A stretch of DNA of 64,000 nt from Syntrophomonadaceae bacterium (lineage in GTDB: Bacteria > Bacillota > Dethiobacteria > DTU022). The stretch spans positions 489 to 64,488 of the forward strand of contig SLRT01000033.1 of NCBI GenBank assembly GCA_007130825.1, written 5' to 3'. Below the pieces are notes generated by a model. The model made no database searches, was not told the origin of the DNA, and was given only the letters and a program-made list of their open reading frames with translations. Position numbers and translations under genes: made by a program. Within the stretch, counting starts at the first letter, position 1; each line of letters begins with the position of its first letter. Shown here piece by piece: positions 1-9,187 of this stretch.

Positions 1-291
1 GGAAAGAAGATCTATTTTTCCGGGGATACAGGGCTGTTCAGCGATATGAAATTAATTGGCGAACTTGATTCTTTGGATGTGGCCCTGCTCCCGATCGGCG
101 ATAATTTTACGATGGGACTTGACGATGCGGTAATAGCCGCCTCATTTTTACAGGCAAAAGTGGTAATTCCCTACCACTATAACACCTGGCCCCTGATCGA
201 AGCCGATCCCGTAGAATTCAAGCAGAAAGTTGAGCAGAAGGCAGGCAGCCAGTGCGTGATTTTGTCCCCGGGCAGTAGTTATAGCATTTAA
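1..291 (+). CDS. Metal-dependent hydrolase (MBL fold, UPF0173/YtkL-like), C-terminal part. The 5' end lies outside the window.
   Basis: The ORF is open from the window edge. The C-terminal motif PIGDNFTMG...[16 protein letters not shown] is typical of UPF0173 beta-lactamase-fold hydrolases. Confidence 0.55.
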   Translation, partial: GKKIYFSGDTGLFSDMKLIGELDSLDVALLPIGDNFTMGLDDAVIAASFLQAKVVIPYHYNTWPLIEADPVEFKQKVEQKAGSQCVILSPGSSYSI

Positions 292-315
292 CTGGCATTA
301 TAGGTGGCGGGACAA

Positions 316-573
316 TTAACAGATCTCGCCCAAACCTGGTGTAAGGTGCGGTAGTTTTTCCCAGCCTGGGATTGTGCTATATTCTCTGAATAGAGGCCTG
401 ATCAGCCAGGCAGGGCCGCCTCCCCCTTTTACTGTAAAAACTTTGCCGGGGCATTCAAAAACCTTTACTCCTTCTCCTTCCAGGGCTGCTTTGGTGCGCG
501 GGCTTCCGCCAATCATCACGCACTGACGTGGAGACAGGATCAAAACCTTATCCGGTTTGCCCGTCCCGGACAA
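316..573 (-). pseudogene. C-terminal remnant (85 aa) of an arginine deiminase/amidinotransferase-superfamily enzyme. The catalytic Cys position is occupied by Trp.
   Basis: KGGGGPAWLIRPLFRE resembles the ADI C-terminal signature KGGGGPRCMTxPLxRE but has lost the Cys. The ORF is far too short for a full enzyme and has no upstream continuation. Confidence 0.3.
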
Positions 574-702
574 TTGTAGTATTATAAACTAGTGTAAAAT
601 GCATGCTGCGCGTTCTTGCCGGGTTAATTTTTACTCTTGGAACAATGCTTTTATCCGGGGGCAGCCCGCATAAGAAAGCACGAGCAAATCATAAACGAAA
701 AG

Positions 703-1623
703 ATGATAATGATGATTACTTTGCCTGAACTAAAAAATGATTTTAATAATGTCGGCTATATCTGTGATGAAAGCACCGCCCTGACTGTATTCCTTTCTTT
801 GGAACTGCAAAAGCCGCTCCTGATTGAAGGAGCTCCAGGGGTCGGGAAAACAGAAATGGGCAAGGTTTTAGCCGATATCCTTGATACTGAACTGATCCGT
901 CTGCAGTGTTATGAAGGTCTTGATGAGACAAAAGCTTTATATGAATGGAATTATCAGCGCCAACTGCTGCGTATTCAGATGAACCGTAACCTGGAAGAGG
1001 AGCAGGTAAAGGAAGACGATCTGTTTTCCGGTCAATACCTGATGGAAAGGCCCTTACTTAAAGCGATCCAGACTGAGGAGCGACCGGTTCTGCTGATTGA
1101 CGAGGTAGATAAATGTGATCCCGAATTCGAGGCATTTCTTTTCGAAGTCCTTTCAGATTTCCAGGTCTCCATACCGGAGCTGGGGACTATCAAGGCCAGT
1201 AAAATTCCGGTGGTTGTGCTGACCAGTAACAATGAACGTGAGCTTTCTGACGGTTTAAAGCGACGCTGCCTCTACCTTTATCTCGATTTTCCAGCAGTAG
1301 AAAATGAAGTGCAGATCATTAAAGCAAAAGTGCCTGCAGCTGCCGATCGCCTTGCCTGGGAGACTGCTCGTGTTGTGGCCCAGCTGCGCCAGCACAGTAA
1401 TATACGCAAAAAACCTTCGATTGCTGAAACCCTCGATTGGGCCAGGGCTTTGGTTTCATTAAACCGCAGCAGGCTTGACGGTAAACTGGTCAGCGATACC
1501 CTGAACCTGGTTCTAAAAACCCGTGCCGATCAGGATTATTTTAAGCAGGAAATCGGTCCGGAAGAAATTGACCGCATTCTTAAGCACGGGGGGAACGGTG
1601 GGGGGCTTTCCCAGTGTCGTTAA
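703..1623 (+). CDS. MoxR-like AAA+ ATPase (CoxD-type).
   Basis: Walker A LLIEGAPGVGKT, Walker B LLIDEVD, and sensor/lid motifs typical of the MoxR family. The ORF track starts at TTG 637, which has no RBS. ATG 703 (MIMMITLPEL...) is preferred. Its 3' end overlaps the VWA gene by 10 nt. Confidence 0.85.
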   Translation: MIMMITLPELKNDFNNVGYICDESTALTVFLSLELQKPLLIEGAPGVGKTEMGKVLADILDTELIRLQCYEGLDETKALYEWNYQRQLLRIQMNRNLEEEQVKEDDLFSGQYLMERPLLKAIQTEERPVLLIDEVDKCDPEFEAFLFEVLSDFQVSIPELGTIKASKIPVVVLTSNNERELSDGLKRRCLYLYLDFPAVENEVQIIKAKVPAAADRLAWETARVVAQLRQHSNIRKKPSIAETLDWARALVSLNRSRLDGKLVSDTLNLVLKTRADQDYFKQEIGPEEIDRILKHGGNGGGLSQCR

Positions 1624-2960
1624 AAGAAAAATTGCCGGAAGGCCACCTGGAAGAGAACCTGATAACGTTTACCAACCTGCTGCGTGAAAAAGGGCTTTCG
1701 ATCAGCACGCCAGAGACTATTGATGCATTACAGGCCCTTCAAAAAATAGATCTGTTATCTCGCGATGCTTTTAAGTCCGCCCTTCAGGCAACCTTGGTCA
1801 AAAGCCGCCGCGACCAGGAATTTTTCGATCGGCTTTTTGATTATTACTTTGCTCCCCCGGAGGTACAGCGCAGAGGCGCTGAAAAAGCAGCTTCCCATAA
1901 AAAGCAATTTGAGAGCAAGATGGAACAGGCCTGCAGTGAAATGAAATTTAAAGGAGAAGCTTTAAAACTCAATGATGAGGAGCTGGCCCAGTACAGTTCG
2001 ATGTCTCAGGAAGAACAGAAACGGTTGCAGGACTTTATGCATAAAACTGAGACAGGGGTTAACGTTAAACCGCGGTTCCGGCCTGTTTTGGAATCTGTAG
2101 TCAAAAGTCACTTACGCTATTGTCGTTCAAAAAGCATGTATGAAAAGCAGAATAATACAAACAGGAAAGATGATCAAACTGCCTCCGGGCCCTCTGCAGG
2201 AAATGGTGCAGGTTCCGGGAGCGCCGATGCCGCTCTCGGCGAGATGGATATTCAGGCTATCAGGACAACCGACCTTCCTGAAGCCGAACAGCTTTTGCAG
2301 CGGTTGTCCCGTAAACTGGCGATCCAGATTTTACGTAGGCAGCGCAGGGGCCCGCGCAGTGGCCCCCTTGATCTGCGTCGCTCTCTGCGTGACAATATGC
2401 GTTATGGCGGAAATATTTTTAGCCTGAAACATAAACCGAAGCGGCGGTCCCGGCAGCAAATTCTTCTGCTCTGTGATGTTTCCGCTTCCATGAAGCAGTA
2501 CAGCACATTTGTAATCCATTTCCTACACGGACTGCGGGAAGCTGTTCGCGATTTTTCCTGTTTCAGTTTTTCCGATAACCTGGAAAACATGACTCCGGAT
2601 CTAAAAAGTCGGGCCGGTTTGCAGCATCTGCTGGATCGGGTGATCCGCCGCAGTGAAACCTGGGGCGGAGGTACCAACCTTGGTTTATCACTCCATGAAT
2701 TGATGCAAAAACATCCGGATCTGTTGAACGGAAAAACTTCTATTATCGTTGTCAGCGATACTAAGACGATTTCGATCGATTATGCGGTCAATGAACTGAA
2801 TAAACTTAAGGACCGGGTCAGGCGAATAATCTGGTTGAATCCCCTGCCAAAAGAACAGTGGCCTGATTACCGCTCTGTCGGGTCTGTAGCCGGGCTGGTG
2901 GAAATGTGGCCATGCAATACAATCGTCCAGCTGGAAGAGGTTCTCACCGGGCGTCTTTAG
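1614..2960 (+). CDS. VWA domain protein, CoxE-like partner of the MoxR ATPase.
   Basis: C-terminal von Willebrand A domain with MIDAS motif DVSAS (LLLCDVSASM...IIVVSDT). GTG start preceded by a GGTGGGGGG RBS. Translationally coupled to the upstream AAA gene. Confidence 0.8.
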   Translation: MSLKEKLPEGHLEENLITFTNLLREKGLSISTPETIDALQALQKIDLLSRDAFKSALQATLVKSRRDQEFFDRLFDYYFAPPEVQRRGAEKAASHKKQFESKMEQACSEMKFKGEALKLNDEELAQYSSMSQEEQKRLQDFMHKTETGVNVKPRFRPVLESVVKSHLRYCRSKSMYEKQNNTNRKDDQTASGPSAGNGAGSGSADAALGEMDIQAIRTTDLPEAEQLLQRLSRKLAIQILRRQRRGPRSGPLDLRRSLRDNMRYGGNIFSLKHKPKRRSRQQILLLCDVSASMKQYSTFVIHFLHGLREAVRDFSCFSFSDNLENMTPDLKSRAGLQHLLDRVIRRSETWGGGTNLGLSLHELMQKHPDLLNGKTSIIVVSDTKTISIDYAVNELNKLKDRVRRIIWLNPLPKEQWPDYRSVGSVAGLVEMWPCNTIVQLEEVLTGRL

Positions 2961-3021
2961 CTGAAACACTGTTGTTACTTGAAAGAGCAACCTGAAATGA
3001 ATTAAACCAGCCAAACAGAAC

Positions 3022-3047
3022 TTGAAATGAAATCACTGACATTTCAA
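3022..3047. promoter_or_regulatory. Perfect 8-bp inverted repeat TTGAAATG-N10-CATTTCAA upstream of the cooC-like gene, with a TTGTGAA half-site just downstream. Candidate operator.
   Basis: Read directly from the sequence in the 124-nt spacer between the VWA gene and the cooC-like gene. Confidence 0.2.
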
Positions 3048-3084
3048 TTGTGAATTATTAGAGAAAAGAGAGGAGAAATAAGAG

Positions 3085-3840
3085 ATGACAATGCGTATAG
3101 CTGTTGCCGGTAAGGGGGGCACCGGAAAGACTACTCTGGCCGCTTTGCTGGTCCGCTATCTTATCGAAGAGAGAAAAGGAAAAGATATTTTAACTGTGGA
3201 TGCCGATGCTAACGCCAATCTCAACGAAGCCCTCGGCCTCAGTGTTGAAGAAACGATCGGCACCATTCTTGAGGACACAAAAAATCCCGATGCGGTTCCC
3301 ACCGGCATGACAAAAGATGTTTTTATTGAGTACCGCCTCAGCCGGGCAATGGTCGAAGAAGATGCTTTTGACCTGGTAGTGATGGGCAATCCACAGGGTC
3401 CCGGCTGTTACTGCTATCCAAATGATCTGCTCAAAAGGTATTTGGAAAAGCTGAGTAAAAACTATGATTTTATGGTTATCGACAACGAAGCCGGGCTGGA
3501 GCATTTAAGCCGCCGGCTTTTGCCCATGGTTGACCTGCTTCTGGTAACCAGTGACGCTACCGCCCGTGGAATTCGTTCAGCGGGCAGAGTAAAAGATATT
3601 GTCGAAAAAGTCAACCTTGAGGTAACAAAAATAGGCCTGGTGATCAGCCGCAGCCGTGAAGGTGAGGCAAAAGCACTGGACCAGGAAATTAAAAACAGCG
3701 GGCTTGACCTGCTGGGAGAAATAACCAATGATCCCCTGGTCGCGGAATATGATCTGAATGCTCAGCCGCTTTTAAGCCTGCCCGATGATTCAAAAGCGGT
3801 GCAGGACTCAAAGAAGCTGTTTCAAGCGCTATCTCTCTAA
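3085..3840 (+). CDS. cooC: CooC/AcsF-family P-loop ATPase (MinD/ParA fold; CO-dehydrogenase nickel-insertion accessory type).
   Basis: N-terminal MRIAVAGKGGTGKTT deviant Walker A, CooC-like size (251 aa), strong RBS GAGAGGAG 8 nt upstream. Confidence 0.75.
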   Translation: MTMRIAVAGKGGTGKTTLAALLVRYLIEERKGKDILTVDADANANLNEALGLSVEETIGTILEDTKNPDAVPTGMTKDVFIEYRLSRAMVEEDAFDLVVMGNPQGPGCYCYPNDLLKRYLEKLSKNYDFMVIDNEAGLEHLSRRLLPMVDLLLVTSDATARGIRSAGRVKDIVEKVNLEVTKIGLVISRSREGEAKALDQEIKNSGLDLLGEITNDPLVAEYDLNAQPLLSLPDDSKAVQDSKKLFQALSL

Positions 3841-3920
3841 CGTCTAATAACAGCGCTTACGCGAATGTGAATTTTACACAAACAGCTGGTTGGTACTGCT
3901 TATTCCAGGAGGTGAGAAGC

Positions 3921-4559
3921 ATGCTTTTTCAGGACCGCCGTCATGCCGGGGAACTGCTGGCCGAAAAATTGGATAATTACCGTAATCAGCAGCCCCTGAT
4001 ACTGGCCGTCCCCCGGGGGGGAGTAATTATTGCCGAGCCGGTATGGCTTAGACTGGGCGGTGAGCTTGATTTGATCATTACAAGAAAGATTGGCGCTCCT
4101 AACCAGCCAGAACTGGCCATTGGCGCAGTTACCGGCGACGGGTTTACCTTGCTTAACGATAAAATTATTTCCCGGCTCAATGTTCAGGAACAATATATCA
4201 AGAAAACCGCTGAAAAAGAGCAGTCCGAGATCATCCGCCGTTTAGAAGATTACCGGGGAAAACAGCCTTTGCCGCCAGTTGATGAACGCTTAATAATCCT
4301 GGTTGATGACGGGGTTGCTACCGGTTATACTTTGCTGTCGGCCCTGCGAAGTTTACAGGAAAAAAAACCGACCAGGCTTATCCTGGCCGTTCCGATCGGA
4401 CCACCGGATACCTTAAGTATGTTGGACCGTGAAGTTGACGAACTGGTTTATGTTCAGGCCCCCGCCGATTTTGCCGCTGTAGGTCAGTTTTACCAAAATT
4501 TCGACCAGGTCAGTGACCGTGAAGTAAAAGTTGTTTTACAAAAAGCCGGTAAAATTTGA
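3921..4559 (+). CDS. Phosphoribosyltransferase-domain protein (type I PRTase fold).
   Basis: PRPP-binding-like motif LILVDDGVATGYT. RBS GGAGG before ATG 3921. The track ORF starts at 3867 without an RBS. Confidence 0.7.
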   Translation: MLFQDRRHAGELLAEKLDNYRNQQPLILAVPRGGVIIAEPVWLRLGGELDLIITRKIGAPNQPELAIGAVTGDGFTLLNDKIISRLNVQEQYIKKTAEKEQSEIIRRLEDYRGKQPLPPVDERLIILVDDGVATGYTLLSALRSLQEKKPTRLILAVPIGPPDTLSMLDREVDELVYVQAPADFAAVGQFYQNFDQVSDREVKVVLQKAGKI

Positions 4560-4650
4560 GGCATGGGCAACAGGTGGCATTATAAATATTATTAATTAAG
4601 ACAGAAGTAGGTTATTTACGGACTAAACCGGCCCAAGCTTCATTATAACT

Positions 4651-4673
4651 GAAGGGACGACGGCCTTCTTTTT
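4651..4673 (+). terminator. Rho-independent terminator candidate after the PRTase gene.
   Basis: GAAGG-N8-CCTTC stem followed by TTTTT. Confidence 0.35.
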
Positions 4674-4728
4674 AATTTAATGGTGAACAGCTCACCAGGA
4701 AGTTAATTGTCGAAAGGAGATGAACTTT

Positions 4729-5193
4729 ATGGACCAGGAACATCTTGACATAAAAAAGATCCTCTCTGTTTTACCCCATCGGTATCCCTTTCTGTTGGTT
4801 GATCGGTTGACTGAATTGGTTCCCGGCAAGAAAGCCTCCGGGATAAAGAATGTGACTGTAAATGAACCTTTTTTCCAGGGCCACTTTCCCGGGGAACCGG
4901 TCATGCCCGGGGTGCTGATTATTGAATCACTGGCCCAGGTTGGAGCAGTAGCAGTCCTGAGTATGGCAGAAAACGAGAATAAACTGGCTATGTTTGCGAG
5001 AATAAACAACTTTCGTTTTAAGCAACTGGTCAGACCGGGAGATCGACTTGAGCTTGTTGTTACCATGAGCGGGATAAAGCGTAATATCGGCAAGGGGGAA
5101 GCAGAAGCGCGGGTTGATGGTAATATTGTCGCATACGGTGAAATATGGTTTGCCCTGATGGATCGTGATCAAGAGCAGCAGCATCCAAGTTAA
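4729..5193 (+). CDS. fabZ: 3-hydroxyacyl-ACP dehydratase FabZ.
   Basis: [24 protein letters not shown], hot-dog fold length. RBS AAAGGAG lies 9 nt before ATG 4729. The track start 4720 abuts the RBS. Confidence 0.9.
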   Translation: MDQEHLDIKKILSVLPHRYPFLLVDRLTELVPGKKASGIKNVTVNEPFFQGHFPGEPVMPGVLIIESLAQVGAVAVLSMAENENKLAMFARINNFRFKQLVRPGDRLELVVTMSGIKRNIGKGEAEARVDGNIVAYGEIWFALMDRDQEQQHPS

Positions 5194-5316
5194 ACAAGCG
5201 CTAACATTTTATCTAGTGGCAGTAAAAAAACCGACCAGCGATCACATTAGTCCGAAGAAAGAAAGATTCCAAACATAACTACAGCTGCCCGAGGTGATCG
5301 CAGAGGATTAGTGCAA

Positions 5317-5345
5317 TTGACTTTTTAAGCGGTTTGGTGTAATAT
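5317..5345 (+). promoter_or_regulatory. Sigma-A type promoter for the metK leader (TTGACT-17-TAATAT).
   Basis: -35 TTGACT at 5317-5322, a 17-nt spacer, -10 TAATAT at 5340-5345, about 20 nt upstream of the riboswitch. Confidence 0.55.
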
Positions 5346-5365
5346 ATATCTACAACAAAAAATTT

Positions 5366-5513
5366 TACTCTTATCCAGAGTGGAGGAGGGACAGCCCCGA
5401 TGAATCCCGGCAACCGGTTCGTTTGATCACGGTGCTAATTGCTGCGGGGTGGCTAACCTCCCCCCGGGAGATGAGGGGTGCCAGGAAGGCCTCTTGATGT
5501 AGAGGCTTTTTTC
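5366..5513 (+). promoter_or_regulatory. SAM-I riboswitch (S-box) with intrinsic terminator, in the metK leader.
   Basis: CTCTTATCCAGAGTGGAGGAGGGACAGCCCCGATGAATCCCGGCAACC...GGTGCTAATTGCTGC matches the S-box consensus. A terminator hairpin GGCCTCTTGATGTAGAGGC plus TTTTTT lies at 5488-5512. Confidence 0.85.
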
Positions 5514-5753
5514 ATTTACGGGTTCTGCAAAGACAAAAGCTTGGTTGGGTGGTGATTGTAAAGGGCTGTTTACCTTTATGCTATTAGCGGGCTTTGCCGA
5601 TATTTCTTTCGAGCAGCACGTTAATTGTATGCCGGTAAACCAGAGAGCTTCGTTTTTAGCAAAAACTACAGCGGAACCGCCGTTAAAAAGGCTAACTGTT
5701 GAGCGACAGATTAATTGCAGGGTTGTATTGCAAAATTATAGGAGGAGAACTAA

Positions 5754-6956
5754 ATGCACCAAAAAAACTATCTATTTTCTTCAGAATCAGTAACCGAGGG
5801 GCATCCGGATAAACTTGCCGACCAGATTTCCGATGCAATTCTCGATGCCATTATGGAGCAGGATCCAAATGGGCGGGTAGCCGCAGAAACAATGCTTACT
5901 ACCGGCTTGGTCCTGGTTTGCGGTGAAATAACCACTGAATGCTATGTTGATATTCCCAAACTGGTCAGGGATAAAGTAAAAGATATCGGCTATACAAGGG
6001 CTAAATATGGTTTTGACGGTGACACCTGCGCGGTGCTTACTTCGATCGATGAGCAGTCACCGGATATTGCCCAGGGTGTTAATGAAGCTTATGAAGTCAG
6101 GAGTAAAAAACAAAAAGATCAGTATGACCTTGTCGGGGCCGGTGATCAGGGGATTATGTTCGGATATGCCTGCGAAGAAACTCCTGAATTGATGCCGATG
6201 CCAATTGCGTTGGCCCATAAGATGGCACAAAGACTGTCCGAGGTGCGCAAAAAAGAAATACTCGACTACTTAAGGCCGGACGGTAAAACCCAGGTCACTG
6301 TGGTCTATAAAAATGGAGAACCTGCCTACCTGGAAAATGTCGTGGTCGCCGCGCACCACAGCGATGAAGTTTCCCTGGAGCAAATAGAAAAGGACCTCGT
6401 TGAACATGTTGTCCGCAAGATCGTTCCTGAGGATCTGATCGTACCTGAAACCCGTTTTTTAATTAATCCGACCGGTCGTTTTGTAGTTGGCGGTCCGCAG
6501 GGTGATGCCGGCCTGACCGGACGAAAAACGATCGTCGATACATATGGTGGTTACGCAGCCCACGGTGGAGGAGCTTTTTCCGGGAAAGATCCGACTAAGG
6601 TCGACCGTTCTGCATCTTATGCGGCCCGTTATGTGGCTAAGAATATAGTGGCCGCCGGCCTGGCCTCCCGGTGCCAGTTTCAACTTGCTTATGCAATCGG
6701 CGTAGCTCACCCCGTTTCTATGATGATTGAAACTTACGATACGGAAAAAGTACCGGTCAGCGTTATTGAAGAAATGGTCAATAAGCATTTTGACCTGCGG
6801 CCGGCTGCGATTATTGACAATCTGAATTTGCGCCGTCCGATTTATCAGCAACTGGCTGCATACGGCCATTTTGGCCGTCCTGAATTAGATTTGCCCTGGG
6901 AAAGGCTGGATAAAGTAGAACAGCTTAGGGAAGCCCTTTCAACCAAGAAATCTTAA
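5754..6956 (+). CDS. metK: S-adenosylmethionine synthetase.
   Basis: [50 protein letters not shown]. Confidence 0.95.
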   Translation: MHQKNYLFSSESVTEGHPDKLADQISDAILDAIMEQDPNGRVAAETMLTTGLVLVCGEITTECYVDIPKLVRDKVKDIGYTRAKYGFDGDTCAVLTSIDEQSPDIAQGVNEAYEVRSKKQKDQYDLVGAGDQGIMFGYACEETPELMPMPIALAHKMAQRLSEVRKKEILDYLRPDGKTQVTVVYKNGEPAYLENVVVAAHHSDEVSLEQIEKDLVEHVVRKIVPEDLIVPETRFLINPTGRFVVGGPQGDAGLTGRKTIVDTYGGYAAHGGGAFSGKDPTKVDRSASYAARYVAKNIVAAGLASRCQFQLAYAIGVAHPVSMMIETYDTEKVPVSVIEEMVNKHFDLRPAAIIDNLNLRRPIYQQLAAYGHFGRPELDLPWERLDKVEQLREALSTKKS

Positions 6957-7087
6957 GGTTGCCCGGGGGATGGAAATAACAGGAGGGCGACCTACTGGAG
7001 CGCATAGAAGGAACGCTGGAAAAAATACGCTTTTATGGTGAAGAAAGCTCATACCTGGTCGGTAGCTTACGCTGCCGCGACGGTAAA

Positions 7088-9187
7088 GTGATAACAGTAG
7101 TCGGTAATTTTCCACCGATGCAGGAGGGCGAAAACCTGCTGATCAACGGCCAGTGGCAGGTTCATCAACGCTACGGCAAACAATTTGCGGTTGATCAGTG
7201 GGAACGCCTTCTGCCGGCTACCGAAGAAGGCCTGAAACGGTACCTTTCTTCCGGTTTGATCAAGGGGATCGGGCCGGTTACAGCGGAAAGAATTGTCGAT
7301 TACTTCGGCCTGGCTACCCTGCAGGTAATGGAACAGGAACCGCATCGGCTTCAGGAAGTTGAAGGAATCGGACCCAGAAAAGCAGCCGAAATTTTAAAAA
7401 GCTACCGGCAGTATAAAGATGTCCAGAACGTCCTGGTTTTTTTACAGGGTTACGGTGTCGGCGTCAGCCAGGCGATGCGTCTGTACCGTCGCTATGGATC
7501 AGATACCATTAAGCAGGTCCGGGAAAATCCTTATCGCATGGCCGAAGATATTTTTGGCATCGGATTTAAGACCGCTGATAAAATTGCCCGCAAGCTCGGT
7601 TTGCCTGAAGATGCGCCGGAGAGAATTCAGGCTTCTATAACCTATACCTTAAGCAGGGCTGCTGAGCAGGGGCATGTTTTTTTACCGCGGGAAATACTAT
7701 TTGAACGAATTAAGGAACTGCTTGCTGTTGATGAAGTTAATTTACAGGAAGAATACCTGGAACAACAGCTTCGGGAAATGGTAAGACAAAGAAAACTTAT
7801 TTGCGATCAGGATGAGGGTGTTACAGCTGTTTACCATGCGCCCTTTTACCAGGCTGAGCAGGGTTCCGCCTGCCTGCTTCAACAACTGAGCAGACTGGCC
7901 CGGCAGTATACTCCATTAGAAATTAAACAGGCCCTTGGCGCGGTTAAACATGACAACCCCCATCTAACCGATGAGCAGCTGCAGGTTCTGGACGAAGCGC
8001 TGCATAACGGGGTACTCATTGTTACCGGCGGTCCCGGTACCGGGAAGACCACCACGATCAAAGCGCTTCTTTCTACCTTCAAGTTAGTGAGGCAAAAAGT
8101 ACTCCTGGCTGCTCCAACAGGCCGGGCGGCAAAACGGGTTACTGAAGCAACCGGTCAGGAAGCTTTTACTATCCATCGCTTGCTTGACTACAGCTATACT
8201 GAAGGAGAAGGATTTAACTTTCAGCGTAACGAGGATAAGCCGGTCGATGCGCAGGTGGTCATTATTGATGAAGCCTCGATGGTCGACCTGATGCTTATGT
8301 ATAATTTGCTGAAAGCTCTGCCTTCCGGCTGTCGTTTAATCATGGTTGGTGATGTTGACCAGCTACCGGCTGTTGGAGCCGGGAATGTGCTGCGTGATTT
8401 AATTAGCTCCGGTCAGGTAGAATGCTTTCGCCTCGGCTATATATTTCGCCAGGCCCGGGAAAGCATGATTGTCGTCAATGCCCACCGGGTGAACCAGGGC
8501 GAGATGCCTTATTTAAATGTAAAAAACAAGGATTTCTTTTTTATGCATGAAGAAGATCCCGAGCAAGCCGCCCAACTGGTAGTTCAGCTCTGCCGGGAAC
8601 GTTTGCCCAACTACGGGCCTTATGATCCCCTGCTTGATTTACAGGTCCTTACCCCCATGCGCAAAACTGCAGCCGGCGTGGATCGCCTGAACCTGCTTTT
8701 GCAGCAGGCCTTAAATCCCTCGGCCCGGGATAAAGTCGAAGCTTTCAGCAAGGGATTAGCCTATCGTCTTGGCGATAAGGTGATGCAGATCCGCAATAAT
8801 TATCAAAAAGAAGTATTTAACGGCGACATCGGCATAATCACCGCTATCGACAAAGAAGAAGCAGAACTGGTGGTTACCTTTCGGGATGTAATCCAGCCCC
8901 GCCCGGTAGTTTATGATTTTACAGAACTGGATGAACTGGTTCTCTCTTATGCGGTTTCAGTCCATAAAAGTCAGGGCAGTGAATACCCGGTAATTATCAT
9001 GCCGGTACTGACCCAGCATTACATATTACTCCAGCGCAACCTGCTCTATACCGGAATTACCCGCGCCCGCAAACTGGCCGTACTGGTGGGCAGTAAAAAG
9101 GCCCTGGCCATAGCCGTGCACAATAACCGGGCTGAAGAGCGTTACACCTTTTTAGACGGTCGCCTAAAAATGGGAGCAGCTGATTAA
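7088..9187 (+). CDS. recD2: ATP-dependent RecD2-type SF1B DNA helicase. The true N-terminus probably extends upstream to about 6995.
   Basis: Helicase motifs GGPGTGKTT, DEASMVD, and the C-terminal HKSQGSEYPVII. The in-frame region 6980-7087 encodes the conserved RecD2 N-terminus (LERIEGTLEKIRFYGEESSY...) but has no ATG, GTG or TTG start. Confidence 0.9.
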   Translation: MITVVGNFPPMQEGENLLINGQWQVHQRYGKQFAVDQWERLLPATEEGLKRYLSSGLIKGIGPVTAERIVDYFGLATLQVMEQEPHRLQEVEGIGPRKAAEILKSYRQYKDVQNVLVFLQGYGVGVSQAMRLYRRYGSDTIKQVRENPYRMAEDIFGIGFKTADKIARKLGLPEDAPERIQASITYTLSRAAEQGHVFLPREILFERIKELLAVDEVNLQEEYLEQQLREMVRQRKLICDQDEGVTAVYHAPFYQAEQGSACLLQQLSRLARQYTPLEIKQALGAVKHDNPHLTDEQLQVLDEALHNGVLIVTGGPGTGKTTTIKALLSTFKLVRQKVLLAAPTGRAAKRVTEATGQEAFTIHRLLDYSYTEGEGFNFQRNEDKPVDAQVVIIDEASMVDLMLMYNLLKALPSGCRLIMVGDVDQLPAVGAGNVLRDLISSGQVECFRLGYIFRQARESMIVVNAHRVNQGEMPYLNVKNKDFFFMHEEDPEQAAQLVVQLCRERLPNYGPYDPLLDLQVLTPMRKTAAGVDRLNLLLQQALNPSARDKVEAFSKGLAYRLGDKVMQIRNNYQKEVFNGDIGIITAIDKEEAELVVTFRDVIQPRPVVYDFTELDELVLSYAVSVHKSQGSEYPVIIMPVLTQHYILLQRNLLYTGITRARKLAVLVGSKKALAIAVHNNRAEERYTFLDGRLKMGAAD

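Noticed and set aside
5545-5793. An 82-aa ORF in the metK leader.
   Set aside because: It has no RBS, overlaps the metK start, sits inside the riboswitch-controlled leader, and its sequence is low in information. Most likely spurious.
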